NCBI GenBank assembly: GCA_028534125.1
Contig: CM052850.1
Coordinates: 9,052,001 to 9,116,000, forward strand
DNA from: Lama glama
Lineage: Eukaryota
Reading direction: 5' to 3'
Length of the DNA stretch: 64,000 nucleotides
This document shows, piece by piece, positions 50,251-63,835 of the stretch (position 1 is the stretch's first letter; every line of letters begins with the position of its first letter). Under the pieces are notes generated by a model. The model was not told where the DNA came from and ran no database searches. It worked only from the letters and a program-made list of their open reading frames with translations. The position numbers and the translations under genes were made by a program.

Positions 50251-50749
50251 TCTGTTACTCCTATGCCTTACTTTGGGTGCTTAGGAAAGATAATTTACAT
50301 TTAAACATTGTTTTAGAGTGGTGCACAAGTACAGCAATTAACTTAAGCCCAGAAAAATTAACCAGCTTGGCTCTTTCAGTTTCTCTGTTAAATGAGAAAG
50401 CTAATGCTTATCTAGAGACACTGGATCTCTCTAAGAAAGGTCCAAGGCCAGTGTATTTAATTGTTACAAATTCAGACAGACAATAGAACGCCTGTCAGAT
50501 GCTCAAAATTTCTGAATTGTAGTTCAATTTGTAACTCAGAGATGACAAGACTGAAAAACACATAGCTTCACTATTTTTTTAAAGGTCTCAAACCATGTAA
50601 ATAGATTTCCTAATCAGAAAGTTAAGCTTCACTGTGGTGAAATAAAAAGTTTTCTCTGCACATATTCTGTAAACCAGGAGTGAATCAAATGTGGATGTAA
50701 TCTAATAAACAAGACGTATTCGGGCAACTGTCTGGTAGAGTAGGTTTAT

Positions 50750-51230
50750 GTGCGATAGTTATGGAAGGTATATTTGGCCAGGTAACCTGGGGCCAGATGT
50801 GAAGAGCTTGAATGCCAAGGAAAAGTGTTTGAGCTTTATCCACTTGGCAATGGGGAGCCATGGAAGGCTTTTAAACAACTAAGTAAAATAATAAAAGAAG
50901 TTTTAGGAGAATCAATCTGGTTGTGATTTGAAAAGAATTTGCAAGAGTGGTAGCGGAGATTAAGAAATCTGTTCGAAGACCATCACAGATCATTTACGAG
51001 ATGATAAGGGTTCAATTGAGCAAGGCTGCAGTGGAACAAAAAATACAGGCACGTATAAATGATATTAGAAAGGAAAAACCAACTGGACTTGCTGCTGTTT
51101 GGAGGTGAAGGGCAAGGAAGAAAAGAACAGAGACACTTCAAACATTGAGGTTTCGGTGAATGAGAGAAGAGAAAGTGAAAATCAAGGAAAGTCAGATTTA
51201 GAGCAAAGACAGTAAATTTGGCTTCAGGAA
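50750..51230 (-). mobile_element. LINE-2 fragment
   Basis: ggccagatgtgaagagcttgaatgccaagg...ggcaatggggagccatggaaggctttt is typical L2 sequence. Boundaries approximate. Confidence 0.6.
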
Positions 51231-51704
51231 TATTTCATTCCCCTCCTTGAAGATTTATTTGCTTCTAAACACACTTGCAGTTGCCCACGGAATCATGTAC
51301 ATTTGCACAAATCTTCCACTGTTAGGTGTGTGTCCGTACTTGGAGAGATGGTACAACTCCAAACTCAAAAACAGACAATTTTCCTGGCATTGACCATCAG
51401 TTGGGTTAAGCTCTTTTGAAGCTTTACATCTTCCTGGAGTATCACTTAGAATCTATTAAACACAATTTAAAAGAAGATCCTTCCAAGAATAGATTTAAAG
51501 CAGATCTGAATTAAGGAGCAACTGTCAAACAAACCACGGAATGAAACAATAAGAGCCCAGTTCAGCATTCTGATCAAAGATCTGCCTTGAATCAACTCTT
51601 CCATGTCAAAATGTTACACATGAAAATCTGCCTACTAGTCAAAAGATTTGGCAATGTTCTGAAATAACATGAATAATGTGAGCATGAGACAAAATGACAA
51701 TATA

Positions 51705-51930
51705 GCACAGTGGTTATGGGCATATTCTTTGGAATCAGATAGCACTGAATTTGAGTGCTAGCTCTTAACACGTTTTTGGGGACAAATAACTTAACGTCTC
51801 AGTTTCAGATTCCTGATCTGTAAAACGAGGATCATGGTAGGAGCTGTCTCAAAAGTTGTTGCGAGCATTCAGTGATACTGAATATAAATTGCCTAGCATG
51901 ATGTGGAGCACTGAGTCAGTGCTCCGTAAA
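51705..51930 (+). mobile_element. MIR SINE
   Basis: atagcacagtggtta...ttggaatcaga...ctcagtttc...ctgtaaaacgagga. Confidence 0.65.
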
Positions 51931-52939
51931 TAAAAATTTCCCTTTTTCCAGTATATAGTCTGACTTAGCATTAGGTAGGTAGAAAGAGAAGAATAAATAG
52001 GAGGCTGGAGCAACAGTGCCAGCAGTGAGTGGTACAGTTCAATGTGGTGAGCTGTAAGTCCACATTTTATTTTGCACTTAAGAACAATTTTAGAAAGACT
52101 CTTCTCCTGCTAGCCTTAGCTTGGTCGTGCTACAACTGGAACAAAGGTAGAGGGACTTCGGGGAGTTTCCAGACACTTCAGGGACTTTCTGGGCAGTTTG
52201 TATGTCAGTGGTACAAATACTTAACTCAAGGATTTTGTACAGTTGGAGGCCCAGTGGGTCCCTTTTAGAGAAGAGCATTTAGAAAGTACCTCACAGAACA
52301 TGACATAAACTAACTAAACTTGGGTGTGAGATTTGGAATAATATTTCTGCCTTTTATTATAACACCTTATAACCTACACATCTTCGTATGGCTCACAAAA
52401 AATTTCTCACACACAAAACCTCATCCCACTTCGAGCTCTGCAGGCTAGATAAACAGGCGTCCTGCCCCACGCCGTTCTGCTCAGTGTAAAGGAATGTGAG
52501 GTCATTAAAAACGTTCCACATGTTTTCCTCTTTCTTACTTTAACCCTTCTCTAGCAACTGGCAGTATGTTTGGATTCTTAACTTTCTTTGTCTTTATTAC
52601 TAAGACCATTTTAAAGCCTTCACAAGTAGAAGAGACATTTCTAGGGTTTTCACACAACTTAGTTACTAAGAAAACCATTTCCTTAAAGTCTCTTGGTTTC
52701 CGGACGTGGGGGCCACAGAATGGGACAGTGATAACTCTTTCACGTGAATACACATATGAAAATTTAACTGAGAAGGTGAATTTTGCTCAGTTTTGGAGAG
52801 GGGCTTGGTGAGCATTTTGTGGTTCTCTGAGATCTCACAATTCTCTCATTTGTACTCAAGCTACCTTTCCATTTCCTAGGGATTTTGTTGTGTTAGAGAC
52901 TAATGAAGTTTTCCTTCTTTAAGAAGTAGCATCCTTTGA

Positions 52940-53230
52940 CTCACAAAGGTTGAACAAAAAAGTTAGACACAAAGAGGCATATAGTGTATGACTCCAAAGT
53001 TCGAGGACAGGCAGAACTAATCTACGGTGTAAGGACGCAGGAGTGTTGCCCTTGGTGGGGAGTGATGGGGGCCAGGTGGGGGCACAAACGGGGCTTCTGG
53101 GTCCTGGTCTGGATCTGTTTCTTGAGCAGGAGGCAGAATTCCTGACCCATGGAAACAAATCAGTGCGCTGGTATTTAAGATGTACTTTCCCCTCAAATAA
53201 TGAACATTTAAAATAACACTCCACTTCACA
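52940..53230 (+). mobile_element. Old L1 (L1ME-like) 3' UTR fragment
   Basis: gttagacacaaagaggcatatagtgtatgactcca...aggacaggcagaactaatctacggtg...ggggcttctggg. Confidence 0.55.
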
Positions 53231-55857
53231 CACATTAAAGTACAGTAAGTTTTGAAACTGGGGCACATGTTACTAATTTTCCACCAAAGCGCCCATGGCC
53301 GAGGAAAGTTAATGTGGACCTCCAGGCGTCCAGGGCACCGGCTCCAAGTGTGAAATGCCTCTAGGTTTCATATTTGGTTCTTAAAATTTCATAAAAACTT
53401 TACAATCTCTTTCAGATTTATCTGCATTTGTTTGAATGTGAAGAACAATGTTTTAAATTACTTACTAGTTAAGATTCAAACCATTGTTTCCCGTATTCAG
53501 ACAAACCCTAATTAAATCTTTGAGTAAAGTGAACCCTCTGGGAAGACAGCCTCCGTGTGTGCTGCGGGGCTCGGAGCCTCTGAGTCTGAGGAGGCTGACT
53601 GATGGTTTTCTGAACCTGCCACATGCATTATCGGATGGTGAAATGGAGAGAGTATAAGATGGTCGATGAGGAGACATGGACTTTAGTCGTGACTCTGCCA
53701 CCTCCAGCAGTATGATCTTGGACAAGTCACTTCACCTCTTGGGGCCTCAATTTCTTCATTTAGAATCTGGACAAAATCATGAGTGCCCAACAGGTGGCTG
53801 TCCTGTGGGTTCAAACACAGAATTATGTGCCACTTTGCTGCTGACACTTTTCGAAGAAAGTTGGGTCCGCTTACTTGGTTCGCTGATGGAGAACTTCTGG
53901 TGGCGTGAGCTACAGAGAAGAGGCCGTCAACACATGCCGGCCGTGGGGCGTTGTGTGTGTGTTAACTTTAACGTCTCGAACAAAACTCTCTGCTTCGACT
54001 GTAGCCTGTCCAGAACAACCGCCTGTCATAAACCTGCTATTTCTTTGTGCCTCTGTTACCTGGNNNNNNNNNNNNNNNNNNNNNNNNNNNNNNNNNNNNN
54101 NNNNNNNNNNNNNNNNNNNNNNNNNNNNNNNNNNNNNNNNNNNNNNNNNNNNNNNNNNNNNNNNNNNNNNNNNNNNNNNNNNNNNNNNNNNNNNNNNNNN
54201 NNNNNNNNNNNNNNNNNNNNNNNNNNNNNNNNNNNNNNNNNNNNNNNNNNCCGAAACGTATTCTTTTTCGGAAGGCAGAGTAGCCATTCCCATTTCCAAG
54301 AGGAAAGGCCACAGCTCCGCTTTCAATAGTGACAGTCGACAAACAGAGGACCCAGCTTGAGGCACTGATGGGTTCCGGGGGAATTAACTAGCTTTCGCTC
54401 CCGCAGTCATTTACAGACACAGCAGGGTTAAGAGGATGGAATTCAGAATGAGGAGTCGGAGTATTTGTTTTCTTGCTGTGATTCTATGATTAATTCTCTC
54501 ACTTGAAGATCTCGTCACGTTAAACCAAGTTAAAAAATCGACACATGTGCATGCCACAGTGCTGGGTGTTCACTGTGTTTCTGTTCCTTGTACGCAATAG
54601 GCTGCTTTCGGAAAGAATGAAAAAGGCTCAGATGTTCCGTACCATAAGACGGCACGAGAACATGAGTACGTCTGAAAAAAGGGATTTGTATTTTGAAGTA
54701 TACAGAATTATTTGTAGAAATGTAAAATATATATTGCATATATAAAATGAAACATTTTTACAGATGCAGTAAGAAAGCAGGAAAAAAAATAATACTCAGA
54801 GAAAAGCAATCACCCTAGACACATAAAACTACTTTCTGGTAGATCGGAAAAGTTAAATTTAAATAATGGTAACCATAATTTCTTAAGAATCCAGCATGAC
54901 ATGATGTTTTTCCTTTCTCCATAGTCCTGTTCATCTCTGCTTTGAGGTTTGACCCTGGAGATCAAGTCTCACTTGAAGCCTCCTTTCTCATGACTCTTCT
55001 GTGAGATCTCCCCTCAAGACAACTAGCAGAACCTCACTTCCATGGCGAATCCTCCGTAGATGGGGGTTTAGCCAATTCATAAAGCAAGTGAGCACAGCGG
55101 TGAGGGGAGAGGGCGATTACCCTCGTGTTCCTTTGTGTGTGTGTCTTCCTTGAGAAGGTGAAAGTAGGATAAATCTGCAATAGGGTTCTTTTTTTTTTTC
55201 CTTCCCTTTAACTAATTTATGTCAAGCCAGTCCTCACAGCTATAGACAGGAAGTGCTATTTCCTGTGCGGATGATTTAATATCGTACAGAGCAGAGAAGC
55301 GTTTGAACTTATGGCAGCACTAATGACTCTCGGTAAAACAGTGAAAAGATAAATGATACTTAATCAGGAAAATGTTTAAATAAGCAAGTGCCTGGATCCC
55401 ACTGCAAAACAACCTGAACTCATTTAAGTCAAGTTAAGAGGGTAATTTTAGAAATACACAGACTGTTTGTTTAGTACTTTATATTTTTCAAAATGGCATC
55501 TAGCCACATTTATTAAGTTCTCTGACAATTCTGTAGGGCAGCTCAGGGTTCTTACTGCAGTTTTAAAACTGATTTCAACTCAGAGGGGCCAAATGATTTG
55601 CTTCAGGTCAGGCCATTGATCAGGCTTAAAAATACAATTTATAGTTTCCAATGTATTTCCAATACGTTGTTTACCTGCTGCTGATACTTCAAAGCATCCT
55701 ACTAATCTTATTTGAATAAACAAAATGTATACAAAGATAGAGTTAAAAACAAGATTGCTCACGTGACTGTTGGTGGCTTGTTAAAGTCAAGAAACCAGCA
55801 GATCCTGAACCACAAATAGACGGGCATATTTAGAAATAGAATTTTGAAAGGAATCTT

Positions 55858-56553
55858 TTTTTTTTAATTGAAGTATAGTCAGTTACAATGTGTCAATTTC
55901 TGGTATGTAGCATAATGTCACAGTTATGCATATACATACATATATTCATTTAAATTAAAGGTTATTACAAGATATAGAATATAGTTCCCTGTGCTATACA
56001 GAAGATATTTGGGTTTTTTAAATCTATTTTTATATATAGTGGCTAACATTTGCAATTCTCAAACTTCTAAATTTATCCACTCCCACCCCCATTCCCTCGG
56101 TAACCATAAGATCATTTACTATGTCTGTTTCTGTTTTATAAATGAGTTCATTAGTGTCCTCTTTTTTCTTTTTCAAAATTCCAAATATGAGTGATATCAT
56201 ATGGCATTTTTCTTTCTCTTTTTTGTGGCTTANNNNNNNNNNNNNNNNNNNNNNNNNNNNNNNNNNNNNNNNNNNNNNNNNNNNNNNNNNNNNNNNNNNN
56301 NNNNNNNNNNNNNNNNNNNNNNNNNNNNNNNNNNNNNNNNNNNNNNNNNNNNNNNNNNNNNNNNNNNNNNNNNNNNNNNNNNNNNNNNNNNNNNNNNNNN
56401 NNNNNNNNNNNNNNNNNNNNNGGGTGCACGTATCTTTTTGAATTAGAGTTCCCTCCAGATATAAGCCCAGGAGTAGGATTGCTGGATCATATGGTAAGTC
56501 TATTTTTAGTTTTTTGAGGACTCTCTATACTGTTTCCCATAATGGCTATACCA
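55858..56553 (-). mobile_element. 5'-truncated young LINE-1 of the same subfamily (contains an N-gap)
   Basis: Reverse complement of the L1 3' UTR at 59900-60056. TSD gaaaggaatctt at 55846-55857 and 56554-56565. Confidence 0.92.
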
Positions 56554-57316
56554 GAAAGGAATCTTAAAATATGGATAATGGCTATTTATAGTTCTTAAGT
56601 AGGTAGCCATATTAGTCTCTTAAATTGCATTTTTCATTGTAGTGTCATATACATTATCTTCAGGAACAAATCCCTAAGCCAGATGCCTATTCTATAATTA
56701 GTATTTTACATATGGAGGTAATAGATATAATAAATTTAAGTGATTTGTCCTAAGTTAACAGAGTCTGTAGCAGAACCAGGGTAGAATCCAGGTTTCACCT
56801 GAATTCTAGTGTGGGGGTCTTTTCAGTACTTTACCACCTAATTTTTATTTGTTATAAACAAATGTTTATAATATATCATTGACTGAAATAAAAAGGTGTC
56901 CTTAGAAGATAACCAGGAATAAAACTGTTGGTGTCTCACTTTTCAAGAGTCAGAAAAGCTTGCTATAAAACACCCCATTATAACCTACCTTATCTAAAAA
57001 ATACGTTCTCAAATAAATTGTGATATTATTTGTACTTTAACAAAGGAGCTACCAAAAGAACCAAACCAGACCATGTAATTTAAGTACCTTATCCTGACTG
57101 CTATAAAGATGACCATGAAAAGGGAGAGATTCTACGCAATATAGGTCAACTGGTGGCTAGTCGAGCAGGAACTTTGAGCTCTGTGGCTCTACCATCTTTA
57201 CCTTAGAAAAGAAAAGGTGACTGACTTTGTATCCAAGGGAAAAGGGCAAAAAACCCTTTCCCAGGTTAAGATAACATTCCATAGTTTTTAGAAGGTGAAA
57301 ATAATCATATTACCAT

Positions 57317-57317
<1 letters not shown>

Positions 57318-57357
<40 letters not shown>
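57318..57357. repeat. (TG)n microsatellite, about 19-20 units
   Basis: Perfect TG run. Confidence 0.95.
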
Positions 57358-57360
<3 letters not shown>

Positions 57361-57733
57361 AAAGAATAAATATCTTTGGCTTTAATCTCAAAGTCTAGCA
57401 GCCAGGCTATCTGGTTTTATTGCTGGCTTTGCAACTGATTTACACCCTGACTATAGTATTTTTTTCTCTGCTGTAGTATAAGCAAATTCATGCCCTCCTC
57501 GAGGAGATGGCCAACAGGGAATACCACAGTACTGTAGCTAGAAGTTTTATGTTTTCTTTCCTAAATTCTCTTCCACTGGTCAATCATCTATCACTTGTAA
57601 TGGAAAAGGATAAACCTAGGTAATAGGTATTTCAACCATCCAGAAAATATCACAGAGAAACTGAAGAGAATGTGAGCAATTTCCACACTAGGGTGGGTAG
57701 GAAGTTCAAGGGAGACAGTTTATAATCACTTAC

Positions 57734-57898
57734 GTTATTGATCATAAGGTGCATTATCGTTTTTGGAATCAGGTCTCGGATACATTTGTTGATGATAGAC
57801 ATGTAGGAGTCTACGAGGTTGCGGATGGTCTCCACTTGCCTCTCCAACTGGGGGTCCATAGAGAAGTTTTCTGCTTGGCCATTTTCATCATTTTCAGT
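57734..57898 (-). CDS. DNM3: Dynamin-3 exon (approx. exon 18; PH-GED linker and GED start), 165 nt, phase 0-0
   Basis: ctttctgtcag|ACTGAAAAT...AATAAC|gtaagt encodes [55 protein letters not shown]. Confidence 0.97.
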
Positions 57899-59275
57899 CT
57901 GACAGAAAGGAAAGAAAACATGGATTATTTCCCATTTATTCAGAAGGAAAAAAGTACTGGACACTGTCAGATGACTGACTCCTGTTTTCTGAATCTGGGG
58001 TCTTACTACTAGATGGTAACATCTTTACCTTATCAAACAGCCATGAATTCTGAAAAGAGATCAAAGTCATGAAGTCATTGTTCTACCTTGAGCCTGCCAC
58101 AACCTAGGAAAAGCAAGTATTGTAATTCTGAATGAATGTTTAGATGAATAACCAGATAAACAGTGCACCTAACAACAGACCTCTAGAGAACAATCTAATC
58201 TTCAGCCATTTGCAAACTGGCCAGAGAACTGAATCCAAACGTATGAGGCAGATATAAACCTCTCCAGGGATTCTACAGATTAGAAATAACCTTGGTGTTG
58301 TCCTGGAACTCCTAGGTCTGCTCTGAAATGGATCAGCATTCGGATCAGCTTGGATTTAAAAGCAAATCTCCTAGGCCTGGCCTGGAGCCAAAATAAGAGA
58401 TATAGAGGATAATTCATTTTTCCATGCACTTGCTGGAATTTGTTATATAAACTCATGCTTCTGTCATCACTACTAAAGGCTGGCTCCATTGTGAAAAACT
58501 TTCAATTATAACTTCCAACTTGTTATTCTTTGAATAAAACAGAACACATCTATACACAAAGAATTTATTTGTGCAACATGAGAGAAGCATCTGTTTCCTA
58601 TACTATGCAACTTGAGTTAATTAATTTTGGCTTATCCACCAGAGGCTNNNNNNNNNNNNNNNNNNNNNNNNNNNNNNNNNNNNNNNNNNNNNNNNNNNNN
58701 NNNNNNNNNNNNNNNNNNNNNNNNNNNNNNNNNNNNNNNNNNNNNNNNNNNNNNNNNNNNNNNNNNNNNNNNNNNNNNNNNNNNNNNNNNNNNNNNNNNN
58801 NNNNNNNNNNNNNNNNNNNNNNNNNNNNNNNNAAGAGGGGGAAGGAATAATTTATTGCTTCCAATGCGGACATGAAGTACTTTTCTTTGGAAATGTACAT
58901 ACTTTGATTTGCTAGGTTTTCAATCATCCAGTCAGTTCCTGACAAAGCACTCTGCTGAACAGTTTATACGGATCTATAAATGACAAGCTTAACTTTGGAT
59001 CAATACACATGTGCGCAAGGCATATTTGTAGGCCACAAAATCAACCATAACAAAGATAGATGGAAATTAGTTCTAAATATTTACATAGACTTCTGTTGCT
59101 CTTTTAACACCTTAAAAATATTAACATGTGCTCACTCTAAAACACAACAATCATTGTCCAGTACTAAGAGTCTGATGCCATACTTCAGGGTGACAACTGG
59201 AGGACATTCTGGGGCATCTTACTGCTACAACAGTAAGAGAGGGGATTGGAAGTTTATAAAAATGACAGTTGTTTC

Positions 59276-60056
59276 AAAAGTCCATGAACAATTAATGCTG
59301 GAGAAGGTGTGGAGAAAAGGGAACCCTCCTACACTGCTGTTGGGAATGTAGTTTGGTGCAGCCATTAATGGAAAACAGTATGGAGATTCCTCAAAAATCT
59401 AAAAATAGACCTACCATATGATCCAGGAATCCCACTTCTGGGTATATATCTGGAGGGAACTCTAATTCAAAAAGATACATGCACCCCAGTGCTCATAGCA
59501 GCACTATATACAATAACCAAGACATGGAAGCAACCTAAATGTCCAATGACAGAAGACTGGATAAAGAAGTTATGGTATATTTATACAATGGAATACTACT
59601 CAGCCATAAAAAAGAATAAAATAATGCCATTTGTAGCAACATGGATGGATCTAGAGATTGTCATTTTAAGTGAAGTAAGCCAGAAAGAGAATGAAAAATA
59701 CCGGATGATCTTACTCACATGTGGAATCGAAAAAAAAGAAGACACAAGGACACTATGAACTCATCTACAAAACAGAAACAGACTCACAGACATAGCAAAC
59801 AATCTTATGGGGAAAGGGGGTGGGAGTGGATAAATTTAGGAGTTTGAGATTTGCAAATGTTAGCCACTATATATAAAACTAGATTAAAAAACCACTTTCT
59901 TCTGTATAGCACAGGGAACTATGTTCAATATCTTGTAATAACCTTTAATGAAAAAGAATATGAAATGAATATATGTATGTACATGCATGACTGGGACATT
60001 GTGCTGTACACCAGAAATTGACACATTGTAACTGACTGTACTTCAGTTAAAAAAAG
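59276..60056 (+). mobile_element. 5'-truncated young LINE-1 (ORF2 C-terminus, 3' UTR, A-tail)
   Basis: ORF remnant IAALYTITKTWKQPKCP...WIKKLWYIYTMEYYSAIKKN is the L1 ORF2 end. TSD aaaaatgacagttgtttc / aaaaaagacagtcgtttc. Confidence 0.95.
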
Positions 60057-61384
60057 AAAAAAGACAGTCGTTTCCTATACCATTTCTTTTCCAATGGTTT
60101 GGTCACCAAAAGAAAGAATTCAATCAGGTCTTATGTAGTCATGATATTAGCACAATAGGACCTGGGATAAATAGGTAAAAAGCCATGGGAGGGAAAAAAG
60201 AAAAAACAACCAATCATGTTCCTAGACTTCTTTCCAGGGCATAAAAATCACTGCAGTTGTGCTCCACGCTGAACTCAAGTTCTAAATATCGGTGGTAACA
60301 GCAATATCATTTTAAGAATATGTACTTGAAAGTGAAAACTTCAGGTTCAAATTCAGGCTTTATCGTATACTGATTGTGTGGCCACACTTCACTTCATGTA
60401 ACTGAGCCCCAGCTTCCCCATCTTTTATCTGGGGATACACTTTAACATGGGGAAAACTTGGAGAAGCTAAATGAGATAAGGCATATGAAATGACCCAGCC
60501 AAGGGCCTCATTGGTGCTCAATACATGTTAGTTTCCCTTCTTCCTTTCTGAATATTCATGGAATAAGAGTTGAGAGTTACCTGAATCCCAATACACATTA
60601 TGAAAATTTAAGATGAAAAATTTGAGCATAAGACATTTTCAGTTCAGGCAATAAAAAAATGGCAAACTGTATTTTTTTTTATACCTCCATGTTTCCCACA
60701 AGCTAAACCCCTTGCCTGGAATCTCTTCCTCCCATCTGTGAAGGCCTTTTTTAAACTTTCAAAACCCAGCTCCAACATCATCTCTTCTAGATGAGCTCCC
60801 GATGGCCCTTACATCCTCCGCCACTCCCCACACTGTACTTCATCTGTGTCCTGTACTACTTTTATTATTTAATACCAGCCTAGTTTTATGCTTCTCCCCT
60901 ATCAGACTCCGGGGTCTTGTTCATCTCTCCCTTCTCAGCATCTAGCACAGAGCTTGCTGCACCAGCAAATGAGGAGAAGGGGAGGAGTTAGCACTACACG
61001 AGGATTCACCTAAATCAAGGAAGCTGCCTCTGTGCATTTCAGGGTCTCCAAAAGTGCCTACTTGTTAGAGAAACTGGACACCAGAGAAACCCCAGGTTGA
61101 TGAGTTAGGATCCACTACTACTTGATTATAGTGAGAATGATAAAATGATTATGAAATTATATATGTGTTTATATACACACACACGCACACACACACATAT
61201 AAGTGAGAACACTTGACCTACAGCTTTGTGAGGAAAACATCTTTTACATAAAGCAATATTAATCTCCACAGTGGATACAATTCAATTCAGTTTGTCTCTC
61301 TGATCTGAAACATCCTGGGATTTTACTGCTGGATTTAACGGGCGGGGACGACAGCATTTCAGCCTCAACATACTACCTCTCCCA

Positions 61385-61530
61385 GGAACATTTATCGAGC
61401 ACTTACTGTGTTCCAGGGACCGTGCTAAGCACTTTACACAGGAGATTCATACCACAACCTTAGGAGGTGGGCACCATTGTTATTGTCACCCTACAGAGGA
61501 GCATCCTGAGGCTCTGAGAGCTGAAATGTG
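61385..61530 (-). mobile_element. MIR SINE fragment
   Basis: aacatttatcgagcacttactgtgttccagggaccgtgctaagcactttaca. Confidence 0.7.
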
Positions 61531-61711
61531 TTCAATAAATTTAAGATGAATATAATGTTAAATCTGTTTCCTTTTTTTCCCTACATATAAAAAAATCAAG
61601 AGATATGAAACAGGAAAACATCTGTAATAGATCAAGTCAGTTTCACAGATAAAATAAGAAATGCAAAAAGAGTTTCTAAGAAAAAGATATCATTTAAATA
61701 CTTATATTTCT

Positions 61712-61712
61712 A

Positions 61713-61748
<36 letters not shown>
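61712..61748. repeat. (TAAA)n tetranucleotide repeat
   Basis: About 9 units of taaa. Confidence 0.9.
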
Positions 61749-61749
<1 letters not shown>

Positions 61750-63388
61750 CAGCCAAAAGAGAAAACCAGAATAAACAGTATTAAAAGAACCTCCAGGAAT
61801 ACGAAACACCAGGAAAATTATATCACCATCCATATTTTCATACAGAAACACTGAATTTTCCCACTTCACACTATTCCTAACACTTTGCCTTACTTTCATT
61901 TTTGCGTATCAAAGTATACAAAAGACACTGACCTTCCCTTTTTGAAACCGGAGGCAATTAATAAGCAATGTGCCAAAGTGAATGGAGAACACTGAACGTT
62001 TTAATTCTCAACATTAAAAAAAAATAGAAGCATTCCAGAGTAACCAGTAAAACAATCAGAAATTCTCTTTAGCTTCTGGAAACACCAGTAGACACACAGT
62101 CACATGCAACTCTTAACTACCTTGTTAATACCATGGACACGATGGGGAGTCATAGAATTCAAAAGGCAAATTTAATTTCTTTTCTGATATTAGAAAGAAA
62201 GAAGGAGTAAGTGCCCGTTCTAATATGTCTAAGATGAATGGGAAAAATGTAAATACATGGAGTTTTTCTTTTAACTGAGAAATCGTAGAGAGCAAATGCT
62301 CCCTTTTCTCTAACCCCCAGTCTTAAGCAAATTCTCCATCATGCTCTTTTCCGTATGAATACTGTGTATGACTATGTATTTTTTCCTTTGTTTAAATTAT
62401 AGGATTGCAGTAGGATTCTTTGCAGTCTAAGCACTGAAATGACAGATGTTTATCATTATCCTCATCAAGGGAATGTAAAATAAAAATAGTAATTTGTCTC
62501 TGATCTTTGAGGCAAAAAAGAATGGTCTGCAAACATTTAACCTTTCATGTGCAGGTTCACTGATGCTGTTTACAAAATGTGAATAATATTGTGAAAACCA
62601 GCTTTCTTCTGAAAAAATACAATGGGCCGGCCTTCCTATTGCCATTCTTTTTCTAAATAGCTTTTGAGAGGTCTAATGCAATTTTAATAGTCAAAAATAA
62701 CAACTTAGCACTTTAAATGCAAAATTATTTATAAAAATTAATACCATAACTTTCTTTCTTATGAAATTATTTGCATAGTATTCAAGAAACGGGCTGCTTT
62801 ACAAAATTCTAGTTTAAAAGCTTTCTCCTGAAGACCTGAAACTCTAACAGGTGAAAGAATGAAAGAGCCAAATCAGACGTAATTCCCACCATACCTTAAA
62901 GCATCCATTATGGAAGGCCTGGGCTTGACCAGGATGTCTATCTATTTTTCATGTGTTTTGTTTTTAATCTCCTTCCTTTCCTTAAATCTCTTACTTAATT
63001 ATGTAGTAGGCTTCTTTAAGGATCATCGAAGCCATCTCAGTAAGGCTGGTGACTACAACTCTTTAAAAGTGGAATAATAGAAATCCAACATATCCTGGCA
63101 ATAAGAGGCACATGAACGTACTGTGGAGCTAAGGGGGATTTGCTGCCTCTCTTCTCACCAGTGGAGAACTTTTGGGAGACCATCTCCAGGTCTCCACAGT
63201 GACTTTTCCAGATAACCAATGCTTGCCCCTTTTAAAGCGTCTTATTATTGTTATACAATTCTCCATGACCTTAAACAAAGAGTGAAAAGTACTGTTTAAC
63301 CTTTCTTAGCGGAGCTGGTCGTCATTATGAAAATACCGTTACTATGGTAATGTTGCTTTGCATTTTCCAGCCCCAAATTATTGAGGTA

Positions 63389-63835
63389 TTTTTTTTTTAA
63401 ATTGAAGTATAGTCACTTACAGTGTGTCAATTTCTGGTGTGCAACATAATGTTTCAGTCATACATATACATACATATATTCATTTCATATTTTTTATTCT
63501 TTTTTGTTATATGTTACTATAAGATATTGAATATAACTCCTAGTGCTATACAGAAGAAATTTGTTTTTTTCTCTCTTTCTTTCTTTCTTTCTTCTGGTGG
63601 AGGGGAAGGTAATTAGGTTCATTTATTTATTTATTTTTTAGAGGAGATACTGGGGATTGAACCCAGGACCTTGTGCATGCTAGGCATGCACTCTACCACT
63701 TGAGCTACATCACTCCCCCGAAATTTCTGTTTTGTAGATGAGTTCATTAATGTCTTCTTTTTTTAGAATCCACATATGAGTGATATCATGCAGTATTTTT
63801 CTTTCTCTTTCTGGCTTACTTCACTTAGAATGATG
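63389..63835 (-). mobile_element. LINE-1 3' end fragment of the same subfamily, interrupted by a SINE
   Basis: T-run then aattgaagtatagtcacttacagtgtgtcaatttctggtg..., resuming after the SINE with gagttcattaatgtc...ctggcttacttcacttagaatga. Confidence 0.9.
63563..63719 (-). mobile_element. tRNA-derived SINE (camelid Vic-1-like) nested in L1
   Basis: ggggattgaacccaggaccttgtgcatgctaggcatgcactctaccacttgagctac is the reverse complement of A/B boxes; flanked by gaaattt repeats. Confidence 0.85.

Noticed and set aside
59489-59758. 89-aa ORF as an independent gene
   Set aside because: Fragment of LINE-1 ORF2 in a truncated element.
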